Source: a bacterium (GTDB lineage Bacteria; Omnitrophota; Gorgyraeia; Zapsychrales; Zapsychraceae). Taken from it: a stretch of DNA of 64,000 bases. Made by a program: the position numbers and the translations under genes. The stretch is from NCBI GenBank assembly GCA_030429765.1, contig JAUIER010000007.1:68372-132371 (forward strand). Reading direction: 5' to 3'. Shown one piece after another: positions 9,504-17,457 of the stretch; within the stretch, counting starts at the first letter, position 1, and each line of letters opens with the position of its first letter. The notes below the pieces were generated by a model. The model was not told the origin of the DNA, searched no databases, and saw nothing but the letters and a program-made list of their open reading frames with translations.

Positions 9504-9598
9504 GGGGACAGTCCCCGAAAAGGGACAGGCCTTTCGTCGCTATGGTTGAATTATGCGTTAATCTTATGTGTCTCAATGGTTTAGGGAGTTCTGACACC
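9504..9598. repeat. Short palindromic REP-like motifs at a gene junction
   Basis: GGGGACAGTCCCC (9504-9516), a degenerate copy AGGGACAGGCCT (9521-9532) and TCTGACACC (9590-9598). Confidence 0.5.
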
Positions 9599-9604
9599 AA
9601 TTTT

Positions 9605-10174
9605 TTACACCATTTCCCGCTCGAGCAGCATCGCGTAATATTCCCCCCGGGGGTTGCTTCGGAAATCTTCATATGCCTCCGGCAAATGCAGCCGGAAATA
9701 TTGAATCAAGTATCCCATGGCCCGGCAGAATTCCATTCCGACGGTATGCACCGCCTCGTTGTTAGCGCAAAGCCGGCGTTCACCCGCCTTCTCATCCGCG
9801 GACATCTTCTTGAACGCATCGATCCGGTCGAACATGGACGCATGCTGACGCACAAAAAATCGAACGATCTCCTGTTTGTTGACGAGTTGAGCGGATTGAA
9901 CATCCTGTTCAAACTTCCAGTATTGCCATACATCATATTTTCGCACCGGACGCTCCCCATCGTCCGGATTCCAATGATGCCAGTTAAATCTGACCCGGGC
10001 GTTGGTGAGATAATCCCACAAGACCGGCGCGACCAGCGCTTCTTCCTGAGTAAACTCCACCGGATAGCGCTGCGTGAACACCCGATGATCCGCGTAGTTA
10101 TAGGCGTCCCCTGTCTGCAGCTCCAGCCACTTGGAAACAAACACCAATGTCACACCAATCAAAAATAATTCCAT
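9605..10174 (-). CDS. Hypothetical protein
   Basis: 189-aa ORF 11 nt downstream of the TPR gene, with RBS-like AGGTGG. Confidence 0.55.
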   Translation of the reverse strand: MELFLIGVTLVFVSKWLELQTGDAYNYADHRVFTQRYPVEFTQEEALVAPVLWDYLTNARVRFNWHHWNPDDGERPVRKYDVWQYWKFEQDVQSAQLVNKQEIVRFFVRQHASMFDRIDAFKKMSADEKAGERRLCANNEAVHTVGMEFCRAMGYLIQYFRLHLPEAYEDFRSNPRGEYYAMLLEREMV

Positions 10175-10185
10175 ACAGCTACCAC

Positions 10186-11172
10186 CTACTCCTCGTCATA
10201 AAAACTATACCCATTCGTCTCATAAACCCCCTTGGGCTGCGGCTCAGATTCAAGAATCTCACACTCTTCGACGGACAGAGAGTCACGAACCTCCCGCGGC
10301 TCGAATTCTTTGATAAATTCCATCGCCTCCTCGACGCTGTCGGCCACGACATCATAACTGGTCAAAAATCCAGGGACCACACCATCATCACCAATCGGCC
10401 CATGCCAGCGGCCGTCGACCATGATGCGATAATACTGCGCCTGTTCGTAGTCCTGATCATTTCGCAATTCCCGCAACAGATACTGCAATTCCGTATTGTG
10501 TTTATCAAACTGCAAGGCCGAGAGGATCAGATCACGCGCGACATCCTCCTGCTGCAGATTGGCATGCGCGTAGGCCAGCTCGTACAGGACACGCGCCCAT
10601 TCAATGCCGTTCTCAAACTTGGCTTGATCATTGATTTCCAGTTTTTCGAAATACGCAATCGCCGGCCGGAATTCCTTGCGGCAATTGAAATTCGACATCG
10701 ACAAGGCATGACATCGCAAACGCATTGCCGTATCGACATCCTTGAACTCAGGATGAGCGTAGATCTTGGCCAACTTGGCCAGACTGGTGTCGGTATCGCG
10801 TTGACGTAAGAGCGCCAGCGCGTAGTTAAACTGAAGCCCGATAAAATCCGTCGATTCACATTTCAGGCCCGCCTCGTACATCTCAAAGGCCTTGTCGTAC
10901 TTTTCCATATCCGAATAATAATTGCCGAGCATATTCCAGAACCGCCACAGGGCGGGAAATTTATCCACCGCCTCTTCGAGCACCGCGATTGCCTGTTCAT
11001 AATCGGCTTGATCTCCATAAACCAGCGCGCGGATCTCGAACGCCCCGGTGTAACGCAATTGCTCGAGCCGATCCGCGATCGCCAGGGCTTTGTCATATTC
11101 CTCAAACTCGATCAGGTCATACGCCTCATGCATCAGATCATCACACAAATTTTGCTTGTCGTTGGTGGTCAT
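10186..11172 (-). CDS. Tetratricopeptide repeat protein with acidic C-terminal domain
   Basis: TPR patterns (W..LGN.Y....Y..A...Y..GL; YELAYA..L....A...I..AL..D..N). Confidence 0.8.
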   Translation of the reverse strand: MTTNDKQNLCDDLMHEAYDLIEFEEYDKALAIADRLEQLRYTGAFEIRALVYGDQADYEQAIAVLEEAVDKFPALWRFWNMLGNYYSDMEKYDKAFEMYEAGLKCESTDFIGLQFNYALALLRQRDTDTSLAKLAKIYAHPEFKDVDTAMRLRCHALSMSNFNCRKEFRPAIAYFEKLEINDQAKFENGIEWARVLYELAYAHANLQQEDVARDLILSALQFDKHNTELQYLLRELRNDQDYEQAQYYRIMVDGRWHGPIGDDGVVPGFLTSYDVVADSVEEAMEFIKEFEPREVRDSLSVEECEILESEPQPKGVYETNGYSFYDEE

Positions 11173-11222
11173 ACTAAGACTACTTTATAGGAAAGGCCTT
11201 TGCTAATCTATAGAAAATCACA

Positions 11223-12221
11223 TTACTCTCGGACTAGTTTTTCACCATCATAGCACCACGCATTCTCTTTTGAAAGCATGATACCTCCCACCTCATCCGT
11301 AACTTTATTTATATGACAAAAATTCTGATTTTTATCCAAAACATCTTTGCCAACATCTGTGAGGCAAACCATCAGTGTTTTCCAATCACAGAGATCCCCC
11401 TCTAATTTGAGCAATGGTTGATCCAGCTGAGGATCTACCATCCTCTTGAGTCGATAAAAAATATACCAATCGCCTACATAGTCGTAACGGTCCATGCAAT
11501 CAGCCAATATATAACCAATCACTAGTCTCATCTTCGGTCCTTTCTTGGACACATAACGAAGAATCTCCAAATCAAAAAAATTCAAGCCTGTCTTCGCGTT
11601 AGGAAATCGTCTGACAATCGATTTTTGGTGCCAACCCATGATATGGCCAGGCTCAAATTCCTTACTCAAGAAATCATTAATATTTTGTGGATTAGAACTA
11701 CAAACAGTCATCCAAAGATCTCGCAAGCAAGATTTTTCACCTGAACTTATGAGTTGAAGTTCAACCTTCTGACGGATCTTATCAGTCGCCACCAAATACA
11801 TTGATGCCGCGATTGTTCCGTTAAACAACTTGTCGCTAATTATCGGAGCATATACCTGTAAATTATGAATGCGCAAAGATTCAAGAATGAATAGAATACA
11901 GCCTATATTCAATTGCTCCCTATAGTCTAGACCACACCAAATAACAATTGGTGTCGGGTTGTTACGTTGTATGCATGTTCTGATATTGGGATATATATCA
12001 ATGACAGGTAAGGCCGCATCTCCATAGAGTTTTTTCTTGTAGCCCCTTCGAATGTCGACCCATTTGTCGGATTTATCCGGTGAAATCAGCGGGCCAATCG
12101 ACAGATCATCATTTATAAATATGCAAAACTCTACAGATAAATCTAAAACCTCGTTCATTTCTTTGAAACTATACTCATGAGGAAATATGTGTAGAGCATT
12201 ATCTGGAATGACCAATGACAT
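11223..12221 (-). CDS. DUF1835/DUF3658-like protein (AT-rich)
   Basis: IVIW...D..EQL, RFP...TGL...D..IL and VGD....RL motifs. Confidence 0.6.
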   Translation of the reverse strand: MSLVIPDNALHIFPHEYSFKEMNEVLDLSVEFCIFINDDLSIGPLISPDKSDKWVDIRRGYKKKLYGDAALPVIDIYPNIRTCIQRNNPTPIVIWCGLDYREQLNIGCILFILESLRIHNLQVYAPIISDKLFNGTIAASMYLVATDKIRQKVELQLISSGEKSCLRDLWMTVCSSNPQNINDFLSKEFEPGHIMGWHQKSIVRRFPNAKTGLNFFDLEILRYVSKKGPKMRLVIGYILADCMDRYDYVGDWYIFYRLKRMVDPQLDQPLLKLEGDLCDWKTLMVCLTDVGKDVLDKNQNFCHINKVTDEVGGIMLSKENAWCYDGEKLVRE

Positions 12222-12275
12222 ATATAATTTTTTGTAATTTAAAGATTAAACTTAATGCGAGGAACTATCGACCAA

Positions 12276-12329
12276 CGCGACAATCGAAGCTGGTCGCGAA
12301 TAGGAGTCGCTATGCTTCAAAGCGACTCC
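12276..12329. repeat. Tandem hairpins (REP-like or terminator)
   Basis: CGCGAC...GTCGCG (12276-12298) and GGAGTCGCT-N9-AGCGACTCC (12303-12329). Confidence 0.5.
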
Positions 12330-12338
12330 GTCACTTCC

Positions 12339-12932
12339 CTAGGAAACTATCTCAATCCGCTCCACCCAGATGACTTCACATGAACTGCCGCCGCGGTCGG
12401 TTCGGGTCAGCGAACTGTTCCAGTACCAGCCCTTGGGACCTTTGATCCAGACCAGCTGACCGCGGATGCGGACCACCTGTCCTTTGCGGGCCTGCTTGAT
12501 GGTCTTGAGGACTTTTTCATTCGCCGGGATCAGATGCATGTTGGCGCTGTGACTGACAATCTCGTCGAGCGGCAGCGGCGGCTCTTCATAGCGGTACTTG
12601 TACCAGCGGCCGGACTGCCAGATCTTCATCTGACTGATCACATTATAACTCGACATCGGTCCCCAGCCTAATGCAAAATCCATCGGCGAGAGCTTGGCGC
12701 CAGCATCCGACGAGTAATACTTCTTGCTGAGCAGCCGGGCCTCGATATCAAACTGGGCCTTGGGAGTGATGGTGTAGCCTTTGTGGTCGAATGGTTTTTT
12801 GTGGGTTGCCGTCTGGACCGGTTCTTTGCGAACCACGTGGGATTTGTCATAGTCCACCCAATCATTGAGGTGATGACTGTACCAGACGCCCGAACAGATC
12901 AGTAACGTGAGGATGATGACATGTTTACCCAT
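12339..12932 (-). CDS. Conserved-looking hypothetical secreted/anchored protein, riboswitch-controlled
   Basis: N-terminal hydrophobic segment; IEARLLS, SP.D.ALGWG.MS, SANMHLIPA and W.SSLTR.D.G...CE motifs; start re-called to ATG 12932 right after the U-tract. Confidence 0.75.
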   Translation of the reverse strand: MGKHVIILTLLICSGVWYSHHLNDWVDYDKSHVVRKEPVQTATHKKPFDHKGYTITPKAQFDIEARLLSKKYYSSDAGAKLSPMDFALGWGPMSSYNVISQMKIWQSGRWYKYRYEEPPLPLDEIVSHSANMHLIPANEKVLKTIKQARKGQVVRIRGQLVWIKGPKGWYWNSSLTRTDRGGSSCEVIWVERIEIVS

Positions 12933-12963
12933 AAAAAACCCCGGTGACGAAAGGGTCATCGGG
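12933..12963 (-). terminator. Intrinsic terminator (riboswitch expression platform)
   Basis: CCCGATGAC-loop-GTCACCGGG stem with one mismatch, followed by GTTTTTT immediately before the ATG. Confidence 0.7.
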
Positions 12964-12979
12964 TGACATGTGATCGATC

Positions 12980-13063
12980 CGGTAACCCAGCCGCCGTTTG
13001 AACAAGTTCAAGTAGGCCTGTCGGCTTTGCGAACCGCGCTTTCGCTGCGGCGTGCCTTTAGCG
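12980..13063 (-). ncRNA. c-di-GMP-I (GEMM-I) riboswitch aptamer
   Basis: Minus strand: cgctaaaGGCacg-ccgcagcGAAAgcgcgg-ttCGCAAAGCcgacaggCCTAc-ttgaacttgttcaa-acGGcggctggGTTACCg. It shows the GNRA loop, a tetraloop-receptor variant, CGCAAAGC junction, GTTACC end and G at the G20-equivalent position. Confidence 0.9.
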
Positions 13064-13074
13064 TTATACATTCA

Positions 13075-13103
13075 AGTATGCCTTATATGCGGTAACTCGT
13101 CAA
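13075..13103 (-). promoter_or_regulatory. sigma70 promoter upstream of the riboswitch
   Basis: TTGACG-N17-CATACT. Confidence 0.65.
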
Positions 13104-13113
13104 ATATCAGCCC

Positions 13114-13776
13114 TTACAAATCCTCCAGATCCGCCTGCATTTGAGGCTGAATCCCGTCAAAGCACCCGGATTGGATCGCGTTGGCTAATTCCTCCCGGGC
13201 CAGCTCACGCTCTGAACAATGCCTGGCCGTATACGCCGTATAAAACGACCGGACCGGCGACGGCTGATTGCCGAATCCCCACAGGCCACCGTCGATACAG
13301 GGAAGATCCTCCCTGAAAATCCGCAACACCTCGCGATCGTCCGCCAAACGGTCCAGCACCGGCAGCGCCCGATTGAGGATTTGATCGCGCGCGTCCGCCA
13401 CACACGGCTCAACATCCCGCTCCCCTTTAATCAGCCAAATATCCGGCCGCTTGAGTCGCCGTTGCGTCAAACCTTTATGAAGCGTCATCCGCAATGGACA
13501 TTCATATTCCTGCGGGATCAACTGGTCTGAGCGGGTCCGGATCGGATGTGTGACCGGAATGTACTTGAGAAAACAACCTATATTAACGGCAAATGAATAC
13601 GTCGTGCATCCCACGGATTCTGCCAGGTAGGCATTGAACGATTGAAAATTGATGACGTCGATGCGTTGCGCGCGATAGCGCCAGGAATTCCGGCTGGTGA
13701 ACTGGGTGAAGCCATGCTCCTTGAGAACCGGATGAACGACTTGTTTGATCGCTTTATTGACCACGCGGCTGTCCAT
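13114..13776 (-). CDS. DUF4304-like protein
   Basis: V.P.LKE.GF......WR......VINFQSF.......SF.VNIG N-terminus. Confidence 0.65.
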   Translation of the reverse strand: MDSRVVNKAIKQVVHPVLKEHGFTQFTSRNSWRYRAQRIDVINFQSFNAYLAESVGCTTYSFAVNIGCFLKYIPVTHPIRTRSDQLIPQEYECPLRMTLHKGLTQRRLKRPDIWLIKGERDVEPCVADARDQILNRALPVLDRLADDREVLRIFREDLPCIDGGLWGFGNQPSPVRSFYTAYTARHCSERELAREELANAIQSGCFDGIQPQMQADLEDL

Positions 13777-13779
13777 CGC

Positions 13780-14322
13780 TCACTCCACCGCCGTCCATTG
13801 ATCCGGATGATACTGATCGTCGAGATATGCATCCCACTCCTCATCGTACGGATGAACTCGGTCGACAAGCGTTTCGCCTCGATACACCGGACGCCCCTGA
13901 TTCGCCCATTGAAAGATCGATCCTTCAAAGTTCTGCACATTGGTGTATCCCCGGGATTGCAATTGCCGAGCCACCTCAGCCGAACGATACCCCACCGAAC
14001 AATACACCACGATCGGATCATCCCTAGATACATCAGCCACGACGGCGCCTATCTCCGCCCAACTCTCCGCCGGCACTGCTCCGCGCAGATGGCTCACCGC
14101 AAACTCATCCACCGAACGAATATCCAGCAACACCGGCTGAGTTCGTGATGGATCGTTCATCCAGTCATTGAGATCAGAGGTAGAGATTGATTTCACGTCG
14201 GGATATTTCGAGTGGATTTCCAATGTTAATTCCGACCATTCGTTGCTTACCGAATTGGTATTTACACAAGCAAGTAAACATAAACTCAACGATAGAACAA
14301 TTATTACCTTTAGTCGTATCAA
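13780..14322 (-). CDS. Rhodanese-domain lipoprotein
   Basis: Lipobox LLAC; LLD.R...EF.VSHL.GA, VVYCSVGYRS and GSIF.W motifs; TTG start. Confidence 0.85.
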   Translation of the reverse strand: MIRLKVIIVLSLSLCLLACVNTNSVSNEWSELTLEIHSKYPDVKSISTSDLNDWMNDPSRTQPVLLDIRSVDEFAVSHLRGAVPAESWAEIGAVVADVSRDDPIVVYCSVGYRSAEVARQLQSRGYTNVQNFEGSIFQWANQGRPVYRGETLVDRVHPYDEEWDAYLDDQYHPDQWTAVE

Positions 14323-14373
14323 TTTGCTACCCTTAGACGCATACTTCCAAGGTTTGTGCTTGTAACCTCTAAT

Positions 14374-14931
14374 TTAGACAAATACATCATTTACCCAAGT
14401 ATTCCTTGTTGCCTTTGTTTTAACCTTGATTAACATTTCCACTTCAGATGAATTTAAATTGCTGTAGAGCAATCTATCCGTTTCAACGGTTACTTTATTG
14501 ATTAAGGAATCATCCTCTAACAAACAAAAAAACGGACTTTCCTCTTCCTTCGGAGTATCATCCTTTGGAATTTCGGCAGATGACTTTGGCATCCGTAACG
14601 CGTCAAATAACGTTTTTAGGCGATTATCAATATCTCCTGATTGAGCGATTATCGATCCAGGGGGTTCTGGTCTAAGAAGCATGATGTGTAATTCAGCGTA
14701 TAAATTATGTTTATCGTTCACAAGAGGCACAAACAAAAATTCTCCTACAGCCTGAGCAGCAGAATATTCATTGTCAGGATTAAAGACATTCCGACTTTCT
14801 CTAAACTCCGAGAGTGGCAGCTGTCCCCACAATACTTGCAGTTGCGCATGGAAGTGGCGACGGATCAACTGCTTATCCAGAGGAGATCCACTGGATTCTA
14901 ACCTTCCTCTGTAATGTAAAATAAATTCCAT
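14374..14931 (-). CDS. RusA-like fold protein (AT-rich)
   Basis: GDIDNRLKTLFDAL and EDDSLI match the RusA DxDN..K...DAL...DD pattern; start re-called to ATG 14931. Confidence 0.65.
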   Translation of the reverse strand: MEFILHYRGRLESSGSPLDKQLIRRHFHAQLQVLWGQLPLSEFRESRNVFNPDNEYSAAQAVGEFLFVPLVNDKHNLYAELHIMLLRPEPPGSIIAQSGDIDNRLKTLFDALRMPKSSAEIPKDDTPKEEESPFFCLLEDDSLINKVTVETDRLLYSNLNSSEVEMLIKVKTKATRNTWVNDVFV

Positions 14932-15016
14932 AATTTTGTCCCAAAACAAAAAATTCGGAAAAAATAACTAAAACCAATGTGCTTGTTGAGTCTATATTCT
15001 GTCAAACCACTAGATA

Positions 15017-15178
15017 CTACCCCTCATTGCGCTTTCTTAATTCTTCCAGTATTTCCCTAAGAGTATTATTCATTAGGTTGATTTTGAAGTACCAACAAAA
15101 AAATTCTCTAGCACAAACAAACAACAGGACAGAAACGATCCAAATTCCTGCTATAAGCAAAAATTGTTCGCTAGTCAT
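15017..15178 (-). CDS. Small membrane protein (53 aa, below the ORF-track cutoff)
   Basis: RBS AAGGAGG; MTSEQFLLIAGIWIVSVLLFVCAREFFCWYFKINLMNNTLREILEELRKRNEG. Confidence 0.75.
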   Translation of the reverse strand: MTSEQFLLIAGIWIVSVLLFVCAREFFCWYFKINLMNNTLREILEELRKRNEG

Positions 15179-15240
15179 TTACCCTCCTTTAAGCTTACTG
15201 CTAATCCCTACCTATCAAACACTACCCCCTAACCGCTACC

Positions 15241-15552
15241 CTACTTCTTAAACAACCCACCCGTGTAATCAATCGGATGGCCATATTTTTTGTAGTCGAG
15301 GCCGACGTCTTCGAGATCGGTCATCATCGGGCCGTGAAATCCGAAAGGAGTTTCGGAGAAGAAGGCGTCGATCAATTCTTTTTCACCGACCTGATCGTTG
15401 CCGTTTTCTTTGGCGTTCGCCAGCGATTTTTTGGTGATCGCCTTCTCGGCCATCGGCCGGAGAAAGATCGGCATTTTCTTGAGGACCTGCTGATACAGAT
15501 CGGCCACCGCCGGGTCCCACTCGGCCCCGTACTTGCTTTCGGTGTCGCTCAT
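15241..15552 (-). CDS. PCP-reductase C-terminal/DUF2621-like small helical protein
   Basis: W...........KMP.FLR..A...I......A...G...V....L..A pattern. Confidence 0.65.
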   Translation of the reverse strand: MSDTESKYGAEWDPAVADLYQQVLKKMPIFLRPMAEKAITKKSLANAKENGNDQVGEKELIDAFFSETPFGFHGPMMTDLEDVGLDYKKYGHPIDYTGGLFKK

Positions 15553-15554
15553 CC

Positions 15555-16406
15555 CTATTCCTCCATCGCCGGCGCGGTTTCAATGTCATCGGCCGCCTGG
15601 ATCAAATTGGTTGAAAACGATCGGGCCGCCTGGGTCAGCGCGACCTTAAGACCGCCGGTCACCGCCTTGTGATATTTCGTCCCGACCTCTGAATCGGCAA
15701 AGGCCAGGTACTGGGCGAGTTCGTCCTGGGACAGTTCCTGATAGGTAAACAGCATCGAGTCGACCACATATCCCTGATACTGACGTTTCATCATCGGACG
15801 GCTCATCTCGATCTTCTGATCAATCTGACGGGCGGTCATGCGTTGGTCACTCGGCAGATACGGCATCGCGCTCATCGCCACGGCTTTGTGTGTGTTGATC
15901 ATCACATCAAGCAGGGTGTCCGTGCCGCCGACCGAATCATCCAGTGCTGACATGATCTCGCGTCGGGCCGCGGGAATATCTTTGCTGTCGATCATCGCGA
16001 CAAAACGCTGACGTTCGAGTTCACTCTCCGGTGTGCTGCGGTCTTTTTCGATCTGGGTGATGCGCGCCCCGATATCCGAGTTCAGCCACTCGAGCGCACC
16101 GGTCATAGTGGCGTCATCGAGATTCGCCGCGAGGTGCTCCCGTAATGTATCCTTCATGACATCCGGATCATACGCGTCCTGCAGGACCGACTGCACATGC
16201 AGCAACCCCTGCGGATCCGCGTCACGGTTGGCCTGGACCGATTGATTGACGCTGACGGATACAACTTCCGGTATACTTTCGATCTGCGCGTTGAGACCGG
16301 ACTTTTCCATTAACTCATCAATCGACCCGGCATGGGCCGGCTGGGCCGCCGCGATCATGAGCACGGCCATGCAAAGGGTTGGTAGTATTCGTGCGATGCG
16401 ATTCAT
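15555..16406 (-). CDS. Secreted DUF2059-like protein
   Basis: Signal peptide ending AHA; ELM.KSGL, WL.SD.G.RI...E and Y..LS.DEL..Y.AF..S..G motifs. Confidence 0.75.
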   Translation of the reverse strand: MNRIARILPTLCMAVLMIAAAQPAHAGSIDELMEKSGLNAQIESIPEVVSVSVNQSVQANRDADPQGLLHVQSVLQDAYDPDVMKDTLREHLAANLDDATMTGALEWLNSDIGARITQIEKDRSTPESELERQRFVAMIDSKDIPAARREIMSALDDSVGGTDTLLDVMINTHKAVAMSAMPYLPSDQRMTARQIDQKIEMSRPMMKRQYQGYVVDSMLFTYQELSQDELAQYLAFADSEVGTKYHKAVTGGLKVALTQAARSFSTNLIQAADDIETAPAMEE

Positions 16407-16472
16407 AAGATCTCCTTGGTAGGTTTTTGTGTATTGTCTTGCTTTTTCCCTGATTTGCTCTATAAATAAGGT

Positions 16473-17132
16473 ATGGCTAGATCGTTTTATATTAGCGTGT
16501 GTTGGGTTTTCCTACAAGCGGCAATTTGCGCCGCGCATCCGCCGAGCGGTATCGACGTGCAGTATGATGCATCACGGGGTAAACTGATGCTGGACGTCAA
16601 GCATCTGTCGCGTGACAATGTCGGCCATTACATCCAGCGCATCGAGATCCAGAAAAACGACGAACGGCCTCGCTCCTTTTCGTATCGCCAGCAGGTGCAT
16701 CCCAATTCATTTACAGCCGATATTACCTACTCCGTCGAAACGTTCGACAAGCTCAAAATCACCGCGTATTCACGCGAAGGCGGATCCAAGACCGTTGAAT
16801 GGGAAGCCACGGAAGAAGAAATGGCCCGCGAGGTTGAACCGCGCGCTAAGCGTCAGCGCAGTATCTCAACTCATCCCAAGGATTCAGACCGACTCAAACC
16901 CGCGGTGCCGACCGATCCGGAAATCTCCAAACCGGCGGTGCCAAAAGATTCCGACAAGATCCGTCCGGCGTTCACCCGTGATCCCGACATCGCCAAACCC
17001 GCCATTCCAACGGACCCGTCGAAGATTCGACCGGCGGTCTCGTATGATCCGGATGTGGCCAAGCCCACGCATCCCCGCGATCCATCCAAGCTCAAGCCCG
17101 CGGTTCCCCGCACCAATTCATATTCTAACTAA
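16473..17132 (+). CDS. Secreted desulfoferrodoxin/SOR-fold-like domain with Pro-rich tandem-repeat tail
   Basis: Signal peptide, then HPP...VKH...HYIQRIEI; C-terminal 11-aa repeats; TTGCTT-N16-TATAAA lies 6 nt before the ATG. Confidence 0.7.
   Translation: MARSFYISVCWVFLQAAICAAHPPSGIDVQYDASRGKLMLDVKHLSRDNVGHYIQRIEIQKNDERPRSFSYRQQVHPNSFTADITYSVETFDKLKITAYSREGGSKTVEWEATEEEMAREVEPRAKRQRSISTHPKDSDRLKPAVPTDPEISKPAVPKDSDKIRPAFTRDPDIAKPAIPTDPSKIRPAVSYDPDVAKPTHPRDPSKLKPAVPRTNSYSN
16866..17114 (+). repeat. Degenerate 33-bp (11-aa) coding tandem repeat, about 7.5 units
   Basis: STHPKDSDRL/KPAVPTDPEIS/KPAVPKDSDKI/RPAFTRDPDIA/KPAIPTDPSKI/RPAVSYDPDVA/KPTHPRDPSKL/KPAVPRT. Confidence 0.9.
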
Positions 17133-17443
17133 GACGCCTGCTGCCAGGCATTGTATCCACCCGATAGACTCGCAACATTCGTAAAGCCGTTTTCCAGCAT
17201 GGCCGCGCAAAATGATAAGCTGCTGTTGCCGTAATAGCAATAACACACGATCCGATCGTCTTTACCGACGGTCGCCACAAATTCCTCAAAATTATGCGGC
17301 TGAACATGCACCGCGCCCTCGACATGCTCGGCCTCATAGTCCATCGGTGAACGGATATCAACGATCTTCACCGGTCCCTCGGCCATCCATTGTTTGGCGG
17401 TATTGACATCGACCTCTTTGATTTCCATATCTTCGTCACTCAT
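17129..17443 (-). CDS. glpE: Thiosulfate sulfurtransferase GlpE-like rhodanese
   Basis: IVDIR....Y...H..GA, CYCYYGNSS (cf. GlpE CYHGNSS) and SL.GG..AW motifs. Confidence 0.8.
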   Translation of the reverse strand: MSDEDMEIKEVDVNTAKQWMAEGPVKIVDIRSPMDYEAEHVEGAVHVQPHNFEEFVATVGKDDRIVCYCYYGNSSLSFCAAMLENGFTNVASLSGGYNAWQQAS

Positions 17444-17457
17444 ATCTTCTCCTACAT

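Noticed and set aside
12980-13063. 3',3'-cGAMP-specific (GEMM-Ib) riboswitch
   Set aside because: The G20-equivalent base is G, not A, which favours c-di-GMP; not excluded without a binding assay.
7401-15178. Integron cassette array
   Set aside because: Genes are co-oriented and heterogeneous, but I found no RYYYAAC...GTTRRRY attC structures and no integrase, and several genes have their own promoters.
16866-17114. K/T...D repeats as a multicore RiPP (graspetide-like) precursor, or the 33-bp periodicity as a CRISPR array
   Set aside because: There is no ATP-grasp or other maturase nearby. The repeats are degenerate at synonymous positions, lack unique spacers, and sit in frame behind a folded secreted domain.
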